DNA of 63,137 bases, filler included, from Octopus bimaculoides (GCF_001194135.2; 3 parts of 3 records of this genome joined end to end with filler, not necessarily neighbours in it); one strand, 5' to 3'. Positions 36,001 through 48,186 are shown, counted from the whole stretch's first letter. The notes: a model not told the origin generated them from the letters alone. Translations and numbers: made by a program.

Positions 36001-39000
36001 AAATCGTGTCTGTTGTGTCATCGGTTGGTCAGAAGTTGCAAAGATCCAGTTGCAAAAGTCATGTCAATTGTTTTAGAGAAAGTATTTCCTTAAGAATGTC
36101 CTAGTTTCTTGGAATTGCTATCTTTCAAGAATTCACGTTGTTGTTGTTGTTGGTAATGTTTTTTTCTTTCTTTGCAGGAAAGTTAATTTTAGACAGCAGT
36201 TCTGTGGATGGTGAAAAAGTGTCCACTTTTCGTAAAAATTCTGATTCTTTGAATCTCAACAGGTAAAGTTGTTCTGTTTTGGATTAATAAGCTTGCTCCA
36301 CCAATAAACAGTCATCAACATTATTTATTAAACCTTTGGTGCCATAAAGAATTAGTCAACCTTATTAGTAAGCTTTCTATTACTATAAAATGGTTATTAC
36401 CATTCTTTGTGTTTATAAAAGACAAAATGGATGCAAGTGGTGGATTGCTAATGTTGGGTAAATTTGGATGTGTGGTCAAGAAATTTAATTGATACATGGT
36501 TCTGAGCTCAAAGCCATTGTCTGCTGTCTTGTACGATTGCTTTGAGTTGACCCAATATTTTTAAGAAATGCAATTGAAGAGAGAAACTTGTGTAGGAAAC
36601 CTATGTATTTGTCGTCCTGTTTGGCTGCTATTTCTAGCAAGTTGAGTGCGGCATAACATTTTTCAAATGGTTAACTGGAAAAGAAAGGAATAAAAAAAAT
36701 CTTTCCATTGAAATTAAAAGTAAAAAAAAAATAAAAGTTTGACATGAAGTAAACGTTTAACAAGGGAAATAACTCGTACTATTATCTTATATCCTATCTC
36801 ATCACATCTGATCTTGCTTCAACAGCAAGGGTCAGTGTTCATGAATAAATCCCCTAATTGGCTCTAGTTGCAGGAAATGAGTTTGGGATTAAGAAGCTTG
36901 CTTCCCAACCACATGACTTTGGGTTCATTCCCTCTGTGTGGCACTCTGGGCAAGTCTTCTTATATTGCCCCTTGGCTGACCAAAGCCTTCAGTGCATTTG
37001 GTAGACAGTGAAAAAAGCCAGTCTTATTGAGAAGATGACCCATCATGCCATGTGAAATAGTAGTCTTGGCAGATACTGGTGTCACACAACTGGCACCCAT
37101 TCCAGTGGCACATAAAAAACATCCACTACACTCTTGGAATGGTTGGCATTAGGAAAGGCATCCAGCTGTAGAAACCATGCCAAATCAGACTGGAGTCTGG
37201 TGCAACCCCTTGGCTTACCAGCCCTGGTATGTATGTATATAAACATTATTGATTGCACATATTCAGTGTCTGTGTTTTGTTTGTTCACCATTTCGCTGTG
37301 GTATGGCACTTGGGGGATGACTCCCTCCAAATGCTATTCTGCCTGAAAGTCATAGACAAGTGAGACAACTAGCCCCTGTTCAGATTCCTGATTGATGGAT
37401 ACTGATATTTCACCATTTTTGTGGTTTATCAACATCATGTACCTGAACTGGGGATGAATTTGAATTGCTAGTCTATGATTCTAGACAAATAGTGTAAGAA
37501 CCATTAGCTGGTATGTCACGGTGATGCATACATTTGATTAAATTCAATAATGAATTTAAAGCAGTGCTTGTGTTGTAAACATTATCGACCACATATGTTC
37601 AATGTGTGTGTTTTGTTTTATATATAGCCATAGACTGGCAATTCGATTTGTTCCTGGTTCAATTCAGGTATGTGAAGTTTGGTAAGCAACAAAAATGAGA
37701 AAGTATTGGAATCCATCACTCCTGGATTCAATCAGATGTGAGTCAGCTCACCTGTCTATGACTTTCAGGTGATTTAACATCCAGTGCTATGAGTCGTCCC
37801 CTAAGTGTGATAAGGGAGTCGTCCCCTAAGTGCTATAAGCAAATTGTCCCCTAAGTGCTATGAGGGAGTTGTCCCCTAGGTACTATGAGGGAGTCGTCCC
37901 CTAAGTGCTATGGGGAGTCATCCTCTAGGTGCTATGAGGAAGGGAGTTGTCCAGAGCAAACAAACGAAACACATGCATTGAGCATTTGCAATTAATAATT
38001 TTTACAACATTGGAGCTGCTTGTAATTCATTATTGGATGTGTGTGTGTGTATGACAGTTGTAAATGAGTGTCACTGTCATACATGCAGGGTCATTTGTTT
38101 CCAATATCCTGTGATAACCTGTCTGTCCAATTCCTTAATTAAAACTACTACTACTTGCTCAGCCAGCTAACAACACTTCCTTATTTTTTTCTCTGCCAGT
38201 GTTCCAGCTATTCCAAGTTTATCTGAAGTTGCTTGTATATCTGTCGACACTGCTGGTTCTAACAAAGATAAATTACTTGAGTATGCATCAAAAGAAATGA
38301 AAGTAATTTCCAAAGCTCCCGTACAGATTGCAGATGTTGTGGAACGACCTGGAGCTCTTTTAGTCAAATGGAGCGAGGTAAGTCTCTTCTTGTTTGGGTT
38401 TCGCTTTGATTGGTAAATTCAAACTTTATTATTTGAATAATGTCTGAGATATTTCTGAAAGACTACATTTAAATACCTGCAGGTGTCAGCATGGCTGTGT
38501 GGTTAACAAACTTGCTTTGTAATCATGTGAATTTGGGTTCAGTCCCACTGCATGGCACCTTGTCCAAGTGTCAAGTTAGTCAAAGCTTTGTGAGTAGATT
38601 TGGTAAAAGGAAACTGCATGGAAGCCCATCATGAATTTAATATATATGGAAGCTACAGCTTTGACACTAGAAATGAGGAGGGAACAAAGCCGTTGGCGTT
38701 TTGTGATGCTCATAGCTTACTGGTCTGCAACACCAACTTGAGGAAACCTGCCAACCATTTGATCACTTATTAATCAGGTGGGCACACTGGCAGCTGGATT
38801 GACTACATCCCCCAACAGACACAGGGACAGGTGTGTGCTTGTAAATGCAAAATCTTACCTGGGTGAAGTATGACTCAGCATAGGCCAGTGGTTGGCAAAT
38901 TCAGGTTTTTACTGTTGGTGGGTGGTTGGAACCTATTATGTCTATGTACGAGGCTTCCTTGTTTGGTTTGTGGTAGGGTTTAAATTTTCCTGTGTTAAGG

Positions 39001-41232
39001 TTCATGTTAATATCTAGAAAGTTGACTTCTTTAAAATTAGTACTAATTGTGGTTCTTAGGCTTAATTGGCTAAATATTTTGCTTAATTTTTTCCTTATTC
39101 TATCCATACCCTGTCCCTTTTTATTGTATACTACTCCCAGGCTATTGAACTCACTTGCCCTCTTAAATGGGTCAGTGGAACCCATCTTGCTCATACGTCA
39201 CCCTTTTTGGCATGGATTCTATTGCCGGATACCCTTCCTATCATTTACCACTTTACAGAGTGTATTGGGTACATTTCATCATTGTATCACCACTACAGAG
39301 GCTGTAATACCCTTTGGTTAGAAGAGACTAGAAAACCTTTTCAACCTTGAAGTCTCTTATTTGCTGACCACTCCACACGTGGGAGTTGCCCCATGACCCA
39401 CAAAGTTGATCCTTTAATCATTAAAGGATGTTTAATGAGTTTTTATGTAAAATAGGTTTTGTATATGGTGTATACAAAGCATACATTTTCTTATAGAAAT
39501 AGCAACCAAATCTTCCTCAGATCATATCCTGCTCCCTTGAAAAAAGAAGAAATCCGACACATAGGATAATATAGTCCTTGATACACTATGTCTGAACAGA
39601 AGACATATTAATCATAGCTCGAATGCCCTTGGCCATAGCTCTGGTCTGCTGGATTAGGACTGACCTGGTGGCTAAACTACTACTACTACTACTGCTGCTG
39701 CTGCCACCACCGCCACCACCAATAACAACAACAAACATTTCAATAATGGTGTTGGAAAATTTAAAGAAGTAATCATTTTTGCAATAGTTTCTGACTAAGA
39801 TCTCACAATAGCCAATGTTTCTTTCCCATGTACTTCAGCATATCAGAAGAAAGCAGAATATTTGGTGATAAGGTCACCCTAACACCTTTCCTTGTCATTT
39901 AATCTCTTATAGTCAGGGCACAGCAAGGTACTTCCTAACAGTTCGTAACCTGTTCCACACATCAAACATTCCACATTGGTACATCTATGAATCACTCTGG
40001 GCCATGGGACTGTGTCATTGAGCTGTAATTATGTGTAGCCTCTTTATATGTATCTCTATATAGAATCTCTTGTAGAATGTTTCTAGAGAAGGCCTATTTC
40101 TTCTGCAATTGTCTATCATTATTGGACAACAAACCACAAACTTCAAATGAAACCTTTTCACTGTTGTATTATTTTTCATCACTAAAAAATGGCAATGCAT
40201 AAATATTATTTGAAAACCTGTTACTGTCTCCGCCAAAACGTTTTCCCTTCAACCTGTAAGGGTTCTGCCTCTTTCTGATCTGTGCAGGCCTTCTCTGGAA
40301 AATATAGGCAATGCCATTAGTAAATGTGTAATTTGTATCATTTTAAAAAAACAGTATTCTTTTATTTTTATTTGATGATCTAGAGAGAAAGGACAATGAC
40401 CCTGGTCAGTTCCAGGTCATTCTAGAGTAGGTGCGCTTTCCTCTGGCAGCTTCAGGTAGGGTTTGAACTCATAACCTCTAGGACAGTAGTTTAGTACCCA
40501 AAACAATCAACCTTTGCACCAAATGTAATTGCATGTTGTAATTAATTAATTATTGTATATTCTTCTTTGCATCCAGTGAAAAATGATGACTTTTAGCTTC
40601 CCTGTGTCAGGACTGACCATTCCTTCAGCTTCATATGTAAAATACCAACTTGGTTACAATTGGAAAATTGAATATTTATGACAGGCCATGGCTAATGAAG
40701 ATATAAAATTAATATATTATGTCTACTTAATTGTCTATGGGAACCTTTATATATATTATTTCTGGGCGGGGGAATCCTGTATAATTAGGGACCTTAATAT
40801 TTTCAACTTCATTTTGAAGTGAGATCAGGAATAAAATATAGTTGTGTGAAGTGAGCATGTAGCCATGTGGTTAAATGTGGCGATATAATTCATGTAGTTT
40901 AAAGTGGTGGGCCATATAGTTATGAAGTTCTCATTGAAGCCACATGGTCCTGAGTTCAATCCACTGTGGAACTCGAGTGTTTTCTGTTATAATTTCAGGC
41001 TCACAATCTCTTGTGAATGGAAATCACAGTTCAACGTTCAACGGAGATCAATGAGATATGAACTATATCTGCTCATATCTGAATTCTAAGAACTGTATTT
41101 CGTGAAAGAATTCTCTTTGACAAAAGTTTAGAATTCGTATATGGGCAGTAATTTTAACCAATGGGATTACCAACAATTATGCTTGTTCGAGCAAACGACC
41201 ATTACATCATATTGCCGTCTTTTATGACCTGC

Positions 41233-41290
<58 letters not shown>

Positions 41291-42074
41291 AATTGTTTTT
41301 CTGTCATGTTGTATATAAAGGCAATTTAACATCAATTTGAAAGAGTACTTAATACTTTTAAGTAGGACAAAGTGACTTTGAAGTTTCAGTTTGCCTGCTG
41401 CCATCGATACAGATAAAGAGACATTTAATAAAGTGAAACCAACAAAATGCAGTGCTAGCTTTTTTACTGAATAATTTTATAGAGAGTGCGTAAGCCACTG
41501 AATACCTGGGGTCAGTTCCCTTATAACTTGATGTACGCTGGAGTTATGTTAGTCCTGAAAAGCCATCTCCATCACCTGTGTTGTCCAAAGTTGTATTTTT
41601 GTGTCACCTTCTCCTCTGATGCATGATGTAAACTGTTGATGGTGTTGCCATACTAGAAATGTGCAACTAGTGAGTCTGCTAATCCATGTCAAGCCGTGGA
41701 GTCAATGGATTCTGTTTATTTTTCAGACTGAAGAAGATTTTGATGCTACGGAATTTTGTCTGCAGTATGCGTCTGGTGTGATCAAGTCAAATGAGGATAC
41801 GTGTGTCCCATTCCATAATGCCTATTTGGGTGGCAATTCGCTATGTTTAGTGAAACACTTACAAACGAACCACCCTTATTCTTTTCGAACACGATGCCGC
41901 GCGGATCCCGACACAGCCTGGAGTGTGTGGAGTGTGCCAACTGTAGCTTGCACAACTTTGCCTCACTACGGTCAGTTATCTCCCCTTATCCACATCTTTT
42001 CTTACCACTTAGAAGCAGTCTATATATCGTTGTACTTGCGACCTTTGCATGAGATCAGTTAAATATTCAGACAT

Positions 42075-42121
<47 letters not shown>

Positions 42122-45100
42122 TTGCTATTATGTAAAACTGGAGTATGTCCAAATGCGTTTTTCTCATTATTTAATTTTGCTTGCAATAGCCTGTTCTTTT
42201 TGTGAAACTATCGTATCTCCAGCTGCTTCAGATGCCAAGATATCAAAAATTGTCAAAGTGTAGTAAAACGGTTTTGCTGTGGAACGGTGAAACTATTTTG
42301 TCGTTTTCTGAAAAAAGCAACGTTTTGGACTTACGACATTTTTGCATTATAGCAACGATATATATATACACGCATATATATATATATATATATATATATT
42401 AAGTATGTATGTTTTCATCACCCATACTCTATGAACCAATATCGGTGTCTGTACATAGTTACTCAACTCCTGAAAATAGCTAAATCTCCCTGAATCAACA
42501 CTGTTGTTTGGATAATGTTGTCCAAGGTAGACTTTTCCAGTAGAAAATATGGTATGGCCATGGTTGGAATGTCTTTTCATCATAAGCCTGTCTACGATAG
42601 TTGTTTGTTGCTTGTAGTGTTGCTTTGGTCACTTGTCCTAACTCCAAATTGGTCATTCACTTCATGCTATCCAATAGACATGTCAAATAAGAGAGTCCTT
42701 GTCTGAAAAAAAAAGAAACAGGTAAGAGTTAATGACTGGAAAAGCACCTAGCTGCAAAATAATGCTTCAATATCATATTTGTCTAACCTATGCAGGCATG
42801 GAAAAAGTGATGTAAAAACCAATGAAATGAGATTTATTCAAATTTTACAAATAATGCTGGGCTCTTTTAGTTCTCTTACATGGATGTTGTTTTGAGATGA
42901 TCCATCAAGTATTTATTATAGAATTTTACAGATGATCATTCGCAGCAATTATATTTCTGTGTATTTCTTTAGAGTGGAATGCTGACAATCCTGCTTATAT
43001 GACGAGTAATGAAAACCAGACGGCCACAAAATGTTGTGATGGAGAATCTGTAGTGCTTTATTCTTGTGGATGCTTGTATACTGCTTGTCAATCGATTACG
43101 TTCCGAGTGTTGGCGGCTGGGGATTCCTGTCCTGGTGATGGAGTTGGTTTGTCTATCAATAAATCGTTTTGTAATACGTTAAGAAGACCTGGTGCTGCTT
43201 ATGTTACAGTGGATGGTAAGTTCTTGATAGTTGTTTAGTCAACCTATAATCACAAACGTTCCAACTGTGACCATCATGTCTTTTCTTCCCAGACATAGTG
43301 TATCAAAGATTACATTATACAATATATTCTTGCCTTTATAAGACAGTATATGTTGAGGATATTTGACTGCTATTTCTATTAAGATGGTCAGCCACAGACA
43401 GGATCCGTTGGTTTATCAGATTTACCGTTCTAATTAAGGAATGGAATAACATCATTTCAATACACTTCAGTATCACTATCACCATGGAAACAATAAAGGA
43501 GTCTTTTGTTGGACATTGATCTAGAAATAGCAGCCAAATCTCTTGTATACCACATCCTGCAGTTTGGAAAAAAGAAGAAAAGGAAAATCACATTGGATAA
43601 TGTAGTCCCAGATGCACTAGGCTTGAAAAAAGATGGAATGGTCATGGCTGAAATGACTTAGCTCATAGATTGGCTTGATCAGGGCTGACCTGGGGTTGAA
43701 CACCATTACTGTCTTCAGTATCATCATCATCATCATCATCATCACAATGTTATTTTAATGTCAATAATTTAATAATTGTTTTTTTCTTAGATTTTAGTCT
43801 AAACTGGCAGAAAATTGTCAGGTTAAGATGTGAGGCTCATTTAACAGTTTCAAGATAACGTTTAACAGTGTCAATCTGTGAACAGAGTAAAGATGGTGTT
43901 AACAGAGATGTCAGTTAACTGTAAAGATGTTCATTTAACAGTGTAAACAATGTCAGTGAAGAGTCTTAGAGGTAAATGAATGTTGTAAATGGGAAAATGC
44001 TCAACTGAGTGGAATGAAGTCACTGTTGTTGTAATTATTATTATTATTCAAATAGTGAATAGATTTAGGTTAAGCGTTAAGTTCTGAGTTAAGAACCTGT
44101 CAAAATGAACTTTGCATTCCATCCTTGTGTTGTCATTAAAAACAAAATACCAGTCTTGTACTGGGGTTGCTACTCTATCGTCTTCTACTACAGTTGCAGG
44201 GTGACCAAAGCCTTGGCGGTGGATTTGGAAGATGAAACATGAAAGATGCCTTAGCATTCCTCTGCATCACTATCTCCGTATCAACTCACATGGATTTCTC
44301 TTGTAGCCACGCTTTTCTGAATATTTTCAGTTTTTGATTCGCTATAAATCTTCTTATACATACTTACATGTGTATATGTATCATCATCATCGTTTAACAT
44401 CCGCTTTCCATGCTAGCATGGGTTGGACGATTTGACTGAGGACTGGTGAAACCGGATGGCAGCACCAGGCTCCAATCTAATTTGGCAGAGTTTCTACAGC
44501 TGGATGCCCTTCCTAACGCCAACCACTCAGAGAGTGTAGTGGGGGCTTTTACGTGTCACCTGCACGAAGGCCAGTCAGGTGGTACTGGCAACGGCCACGC
44601 TCAAAATGGTGTATTTTATGTGCCATGTGTATATTTTATATATCAAGCCCAAGTGTGTCTATCTGCATCACAATCTCTGTGTGTGTGTGTTTGTCTTGAC
44701 ACTTGTGTGGTAATTGTAAATGAGTGTCACTGTCATACGTGCAGTGTTGTGCATTTCCTACTAAAACATGTTGTCTTGCCAAGGAAGAAAGTATGACCTT
44801 GCTGGGAAAGTGGTGAAGGTTGATGATAGGAAGGGCATCCATCCAGTCATAGAAATTCTGCCCCAACAAATCCCATTCAACCCTTGCAAATATGTAAAAG
44901 TGGATGTTAAAACAAAGAAGACAAGGATGAATCCTTTTCAGAATATGTTTCCTTCTACTTAAATTAGAAATCATTCATAAAATAACGAGTGGCACAATGG
45001 TTTGGTTTAATATTTCTTCATAGAACTGAAAGAAAATATATTTTCCCATATTTAATTAACAAAAACTGTTTTATAACTTTGCTTTTGGTGAATATATCTA

Positions 45101-45417
45101 CAATTTTGAAACCAAGTTTGATTTTTCTTTCTTTTGTAGGTGAGGTGTACGTAGATGGACAAGAGATGAAAAATAAGCTTCCTTATTGGGGTAAGAGTTC
45201 CTCAGTGACCTTTGACACTGAGGTCCTGTCTAATGGGAAAGTCCGTGTAACCATTCAAGTGGAAGAGAAAGAAGTCACTTTCGACTGGAATGTTCCTCTC
45301 ACTGAACCCTACCTACAGACCCTCAATGAACTGGACGAGGACTATTCTCGACCCAGAGACAAATTTTATTTTGCCATGGATTTTGCAAATAGAGATTGGA
45401 TGGTTTGTGTAGAATAA
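32970..45417 (+). CDS. CRLF3: Cytokine receptor-like factor 3, spliced CDS join(32970-33077,34917-35124,36178-36262,38200-38377,41727-41970,42973-43215,45140-45417), 447 aa
   Basis: Manual splicing: exon lengths 108+208+85+178+244+243+278=1344 nt, all introns GT..AG, phases 0,1,2,0,1,1 compatible, no internal stop. The translation is colinear with human CRLF3 as recalled (e.g. KHFESLKTELNAALDNRLSELLCQVDKIEQ, APVQIADVVERPGALLVKW, AWSVWSVP, GEVYVDGQEMKNKLP, VTFDW). Confidence 0.95.
33500..33622. repeat. 33-bp minisatellite, ~3.7 copies (aattaatggcatcaatcctcagcagtcttggag)
   Basis: Direct reading of the sequence. Confidence 0.85.
34917..35124 (+). CDS. CRLF3: CRLF3 coding exon 2 (ITSSGAKSRNQLNKHF...KVNRIIEE)
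   Basis: Polypyrimidine tract + ctAG acceptor; AAG|gtaaga donor; 208-nt open frame. Confidence 0.95.
36178..36262 (+). CDS. CRLF3: CRLF3 coding exon 3 (KLILDSSSVDGEKVSTFRKNSDSLNLN)
   Basis: tttctttctttgcAG acceptor; CAG|gtaaag donor; 85 nt bridges phase 1 to phase 2. Confidence 0.9.
36893..37020 (+). mobile_element. SINE family B, 5' part
   Basis: aagcttgcttcccaaccacatg...gaccaaagcc...tttggtagac. Confidence 0.7.
37080..37228 (-). mobile_element. Family F repeat
   Basis: ggttggcattaggaaaggcatccagctgtagaaacc. Confidence 0.8.
37784..37952. repeat. ~25-bp minisatellite, ~6-7 copies (gagggagtcgtcccctaagtgctat)
   Basis: Direct reading; no unique spacers. Confidence 0.9.
38200..38377 (+). CDS. 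CRLF3: CRLF3 coding exon 4 (VPAIPSLSEVACISV...PGALLVKWSE), start of FN3
   Basis: tttttctctgccAG acceptor; GAG|gtaagt donor; 178 nt. Confidence 0.95.
38483..38632 (+). mobile_element. SINE family B, 5' part
   Basis: ggctgtgtggtt...gggttcagtcccactgcatggcacc...gatttggtaaaaggaaactg. Confidence 0.7.
38901..39145 (-). mobile_element. Penelope-like retroelement reverse transcriptase fragment (thumb region) in a CRLF3 intron
   Basis: Translation GMDRIRKKLSKIFSQLSLRTTISTNFKEVNFLDINMNLNTGKFKPYHKPN...SNHPP matches the PLE RT pattern (FLD..L.L.TG.Y.PY.KP....YI...SNHP); the YxDD motif is degenerate. Confidence 0.8.
41727..41970 (+). CDS. CRLF3: CRLF3 coding exon 5, FN3 domain with WSXWS motif (WSVWS)
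   Basis: tttatttttcAG acceptor; ACG|gtcagt donor; contains YSFRTRCR...AWSVWSVP. Confidence 0.95.
42973..43215 (+). CDS. CRLF3: CRLF3 coding exon 6, SPRY-like region (WNADNPAY...AAYVTVD)
   Basis: tttctttAG acceptor; ATG|gtaagt donor; 243 nt, phase 1 to phase 1. Confidence 0.92.
44380..44910. mobile_element. Family F repeat (+, 44380-44630) and a diverged inverted relative (-, ~44770-44910)
   Basis: The + copy is nearly identical to 29475-29577; the - copy contains gataggaagggcatcc. Confidence 0.75.
45140..45417 (+). CDS. CRLF3: CRLF3 terminal coding exon (GEVYVDGQEM...DWMVCVE*)
   Basis: ttttctttcttttgtAG acceptor; TAA at 45415-17. Confidence 0.95.
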
Positions 45418-45473
45418 CCTCTGCACCACAGTTCTGTGGCTAGCTTTGCAGTGTCTCTTTGCACTTATTATCA

Positions 45474-45474
<1 letters not shown>

Positions 45475-45564
<90 letters not shown>
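45475..45564. repeat. ~45-unit perfect (CA)n in the proximal CRLF3 3'UTR
   Basis: Direct reading. Confidence 0.95.
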
Positions 45565-45565
<1 letters not shown>

Positions 45566-46156
45566 ACAATAATATTTAGAAGCAGGACATGGCAATAGGA
45601 TAAGTGAAAATTTAAGGTAAGCTTTCAGACCTGTGCACTTTAAGTAAACCTCTTTAGCTACAATATGACACTGAGTTTGCCCCTACAACTTAACGCCATG
45701 CAGTATTGCTCCCACAACAGAAATTACTGCACGACACAATACTCACCTTTAGCTCTTCAAAGACAAATGTCTTGCATTATTCCAGACTCTTCTTCATAGA
45801 CTAATTGACCAGTTTTTTCCATTCTACTTTGTCATCCAGGAATCTATTATACGAGAAGTAGTCTTACATACATATAAGTACATGCATATATATATACACA
45901 CACACACATTATATATATATGTATATATATATAAATACACACATTGCTGGATTTCATTTCTTGTGCAATTTCTAGTTTTTATTAACTCAGTATGAGAGAA
46001 GTAGAACTAAAGGTTGATACCTGAGGTTCATTTCTAACCAGCTCCAGTCTCTTGTATTTTTCAAGGTCATTTCAATTATACAGCTGTTGCTGCTGCTACT
46101 TCACGATGTTCCAGTGTTGTGTACACACACACACACATACATGCATAATATATATA

Positions 46157-46208
<52 letters not shown>

Positions 46209-48063
46209 GTATATATCAGTTCAGCATTATTTGCTTCATTCACAACAATGGAAGTAACAAAGATTTTATGGATGCTTGCCAACCATTTCTTCTAATTTAA
46301 AAGCAAGAATTTTCTTTTATAAATTCCTTCTCAGCTCAATTCTCCTGAGCATTTGTTGTGAACTTAGACGATATTTTATTATTTTCTTCTTGAGCTTTGT
46401 AACTTTTTACATTTCCTGCTTGATTACCATTTTCACAGAACAGGTTTTGTGATAACTCAAGACATGGTGCCAAGTGGATGCACTTTGGTCTTTCTACTCA
46501 CAGATTTGTGTCCTATCACTGTTTAAAGTGGTCTGGACCTTGAGAACATGGAGGGTGAAACTGAATGGTCATCCATCAACTAACTGAAAGTTTGTATTAT
46601 GTCAGTGGTCACCTAGACTTGAGTCTCGAATGGCTCAGTCCACCTGGCTGTTAGAAGGTAATCCTAGCTTGGAAATAACTTGCTGCTGGAAGCAGCATTA
46701 TCATCAAAGTGTCATTAACTTGCTGTGCCAAGTTCTAAGCTAGGTGAGGTTTATCTTGATCAGTTTAATATTGAACTGGAGGAAGTTTAATCCAGAGCTG
46801 GTCCATCCTGATTGATTTAGTGTAAATAATGCTGGTCAACCATGGATGGATTGTCTTAATTGAAAAGCCTCAGTCAAATGGAAACAGGAATCCGCAAGAA
46901 TCTGTCAAGTCATAATTAGGTACCAAGGAAAAGATGCAGGCATGGCTTGAATGGTCAAGAAGTGAACTTCACAACCATGAGGTGGTGGGTTCAATCCCAT
47001 TGTATGCTGCTTCAGGTCTTTCACCCAGGATTTCATATTGAGAATTGGTAGACAGTAATTCAATGGGGTAGCTTTATCACATTGTGTCACTGATTCTGTC
47101 TGTCTGAAGATAACATTGAGTCCACTGGTCTGAGGAATACTCAGCTACCTACACGTTAATTCAAGAGCAGGTAATTCAGCCAGCCAAATAGCTGGACAGT
47201 TCCTTGTGACTGATGGAAGATGTCTCCTTTAACTGAACTCATGAAGATTTAATGGTTTGTTAGTGCAGCAGTACTTGGAATAATTATCTTGCATTCCTGT
47301 TTTGGGTAACATCCCATCTTTTGACAACGAGGCTGATCAGTCTAAAACCGTGGCACTAAGCCCACATATATTTGTATTAAATCTATGTGCTGAGCTTCTA
47401 ACCATGTGATTGGAAGTTCAAATCTTTGTATAGCCATTAGGTTATACAGTTGAGCATGAAGCATATTTCTGCTGTCTCTGGCTGGCCATTTGTCTCTAGT
47501 TTATCTCCAGATTAACTCTAGATTACATATCTGTAGATTAGCTGAATGTCATGAGACAGATTCCACTCCACCTCCATGGTTGAGTGGTTATAGGAGGAAG
47601 AACAGCCAGCGTGATTGTTCCCACAAATCATTTCAAGCATGAATGCATGCGGAAATGAAACTCAAATGGCAGACAGGAATGTAATGTCTGTCTGGTTGAT
47701 GGAAATTAACTTAAAGTGTTTAATTAGCAGACAATAATTTGTGCTTTGGTGAAGCAGACAGGGATAAAGGCCAAACAATGTAAGAGACTTTGTTCTTTAA
47801 TTATATAAATGATTAATTAATTGAGCAGATTTGACTCTGCACTTTGTGTGATTGCTGCCACTGTTCATCATCTCATTGGTTGCAGCAATGTTGCCTGGTA
47901 CAGCAACCTCCTCCTCCTCATCATCATCATCAGCAACATCAACAATGTCAGTAGTATTAATCATATCAGGTTTTAATTAATTTCAATTTTTGCCGTTAAC
48001 TGTTTTGGGTGCCATTTTTTAAATTGTTTTTCTTTTCTTTTTATTATTGTTTCATTTATTTGG

Positions 48064-48103
<40 letters not shown>

Positions 48104-48162
48104 CTCCCTAGTACCTTAAAAAGGATGATTTCAGTTAACTTTTGAATTTTTATTTTTAATGA

Positions 48163-48186
48163 AATAAAATGAAAAATCAAATTAAA
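48163..48186 (+). terminator. Candidate CRLF3 polyadenylation signals (AATAAA 48163-68, ATTAAA 48181-86)
   Basis: First clear AATAAA I noticed downstream of the stop codon; followed by U/GU-rich sequence; coincides with the end of CpG depletion. Implies a 3'UTR of ~2.8 kb. Confidence 0.3.

Noticed and set aside
35560-36110. Possible antisense LINE endonuclease relic (similar hints at 39940-40330 and 46400-46900)
   Set aside because: Only scattered weak motif resemblance with many stops; needs a tBLASTn/HMM search.
37784-37952. CRISPR-like array
   Set aside because: Contiguous degenerate units without unique spacers, eukaryotic context, no cas genes.
29507-44796. Recurrent peptide FLQLDALPNANHSESVVGAF in several ORFs
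   Set aside because: Incidental translation of family F repeat copies.
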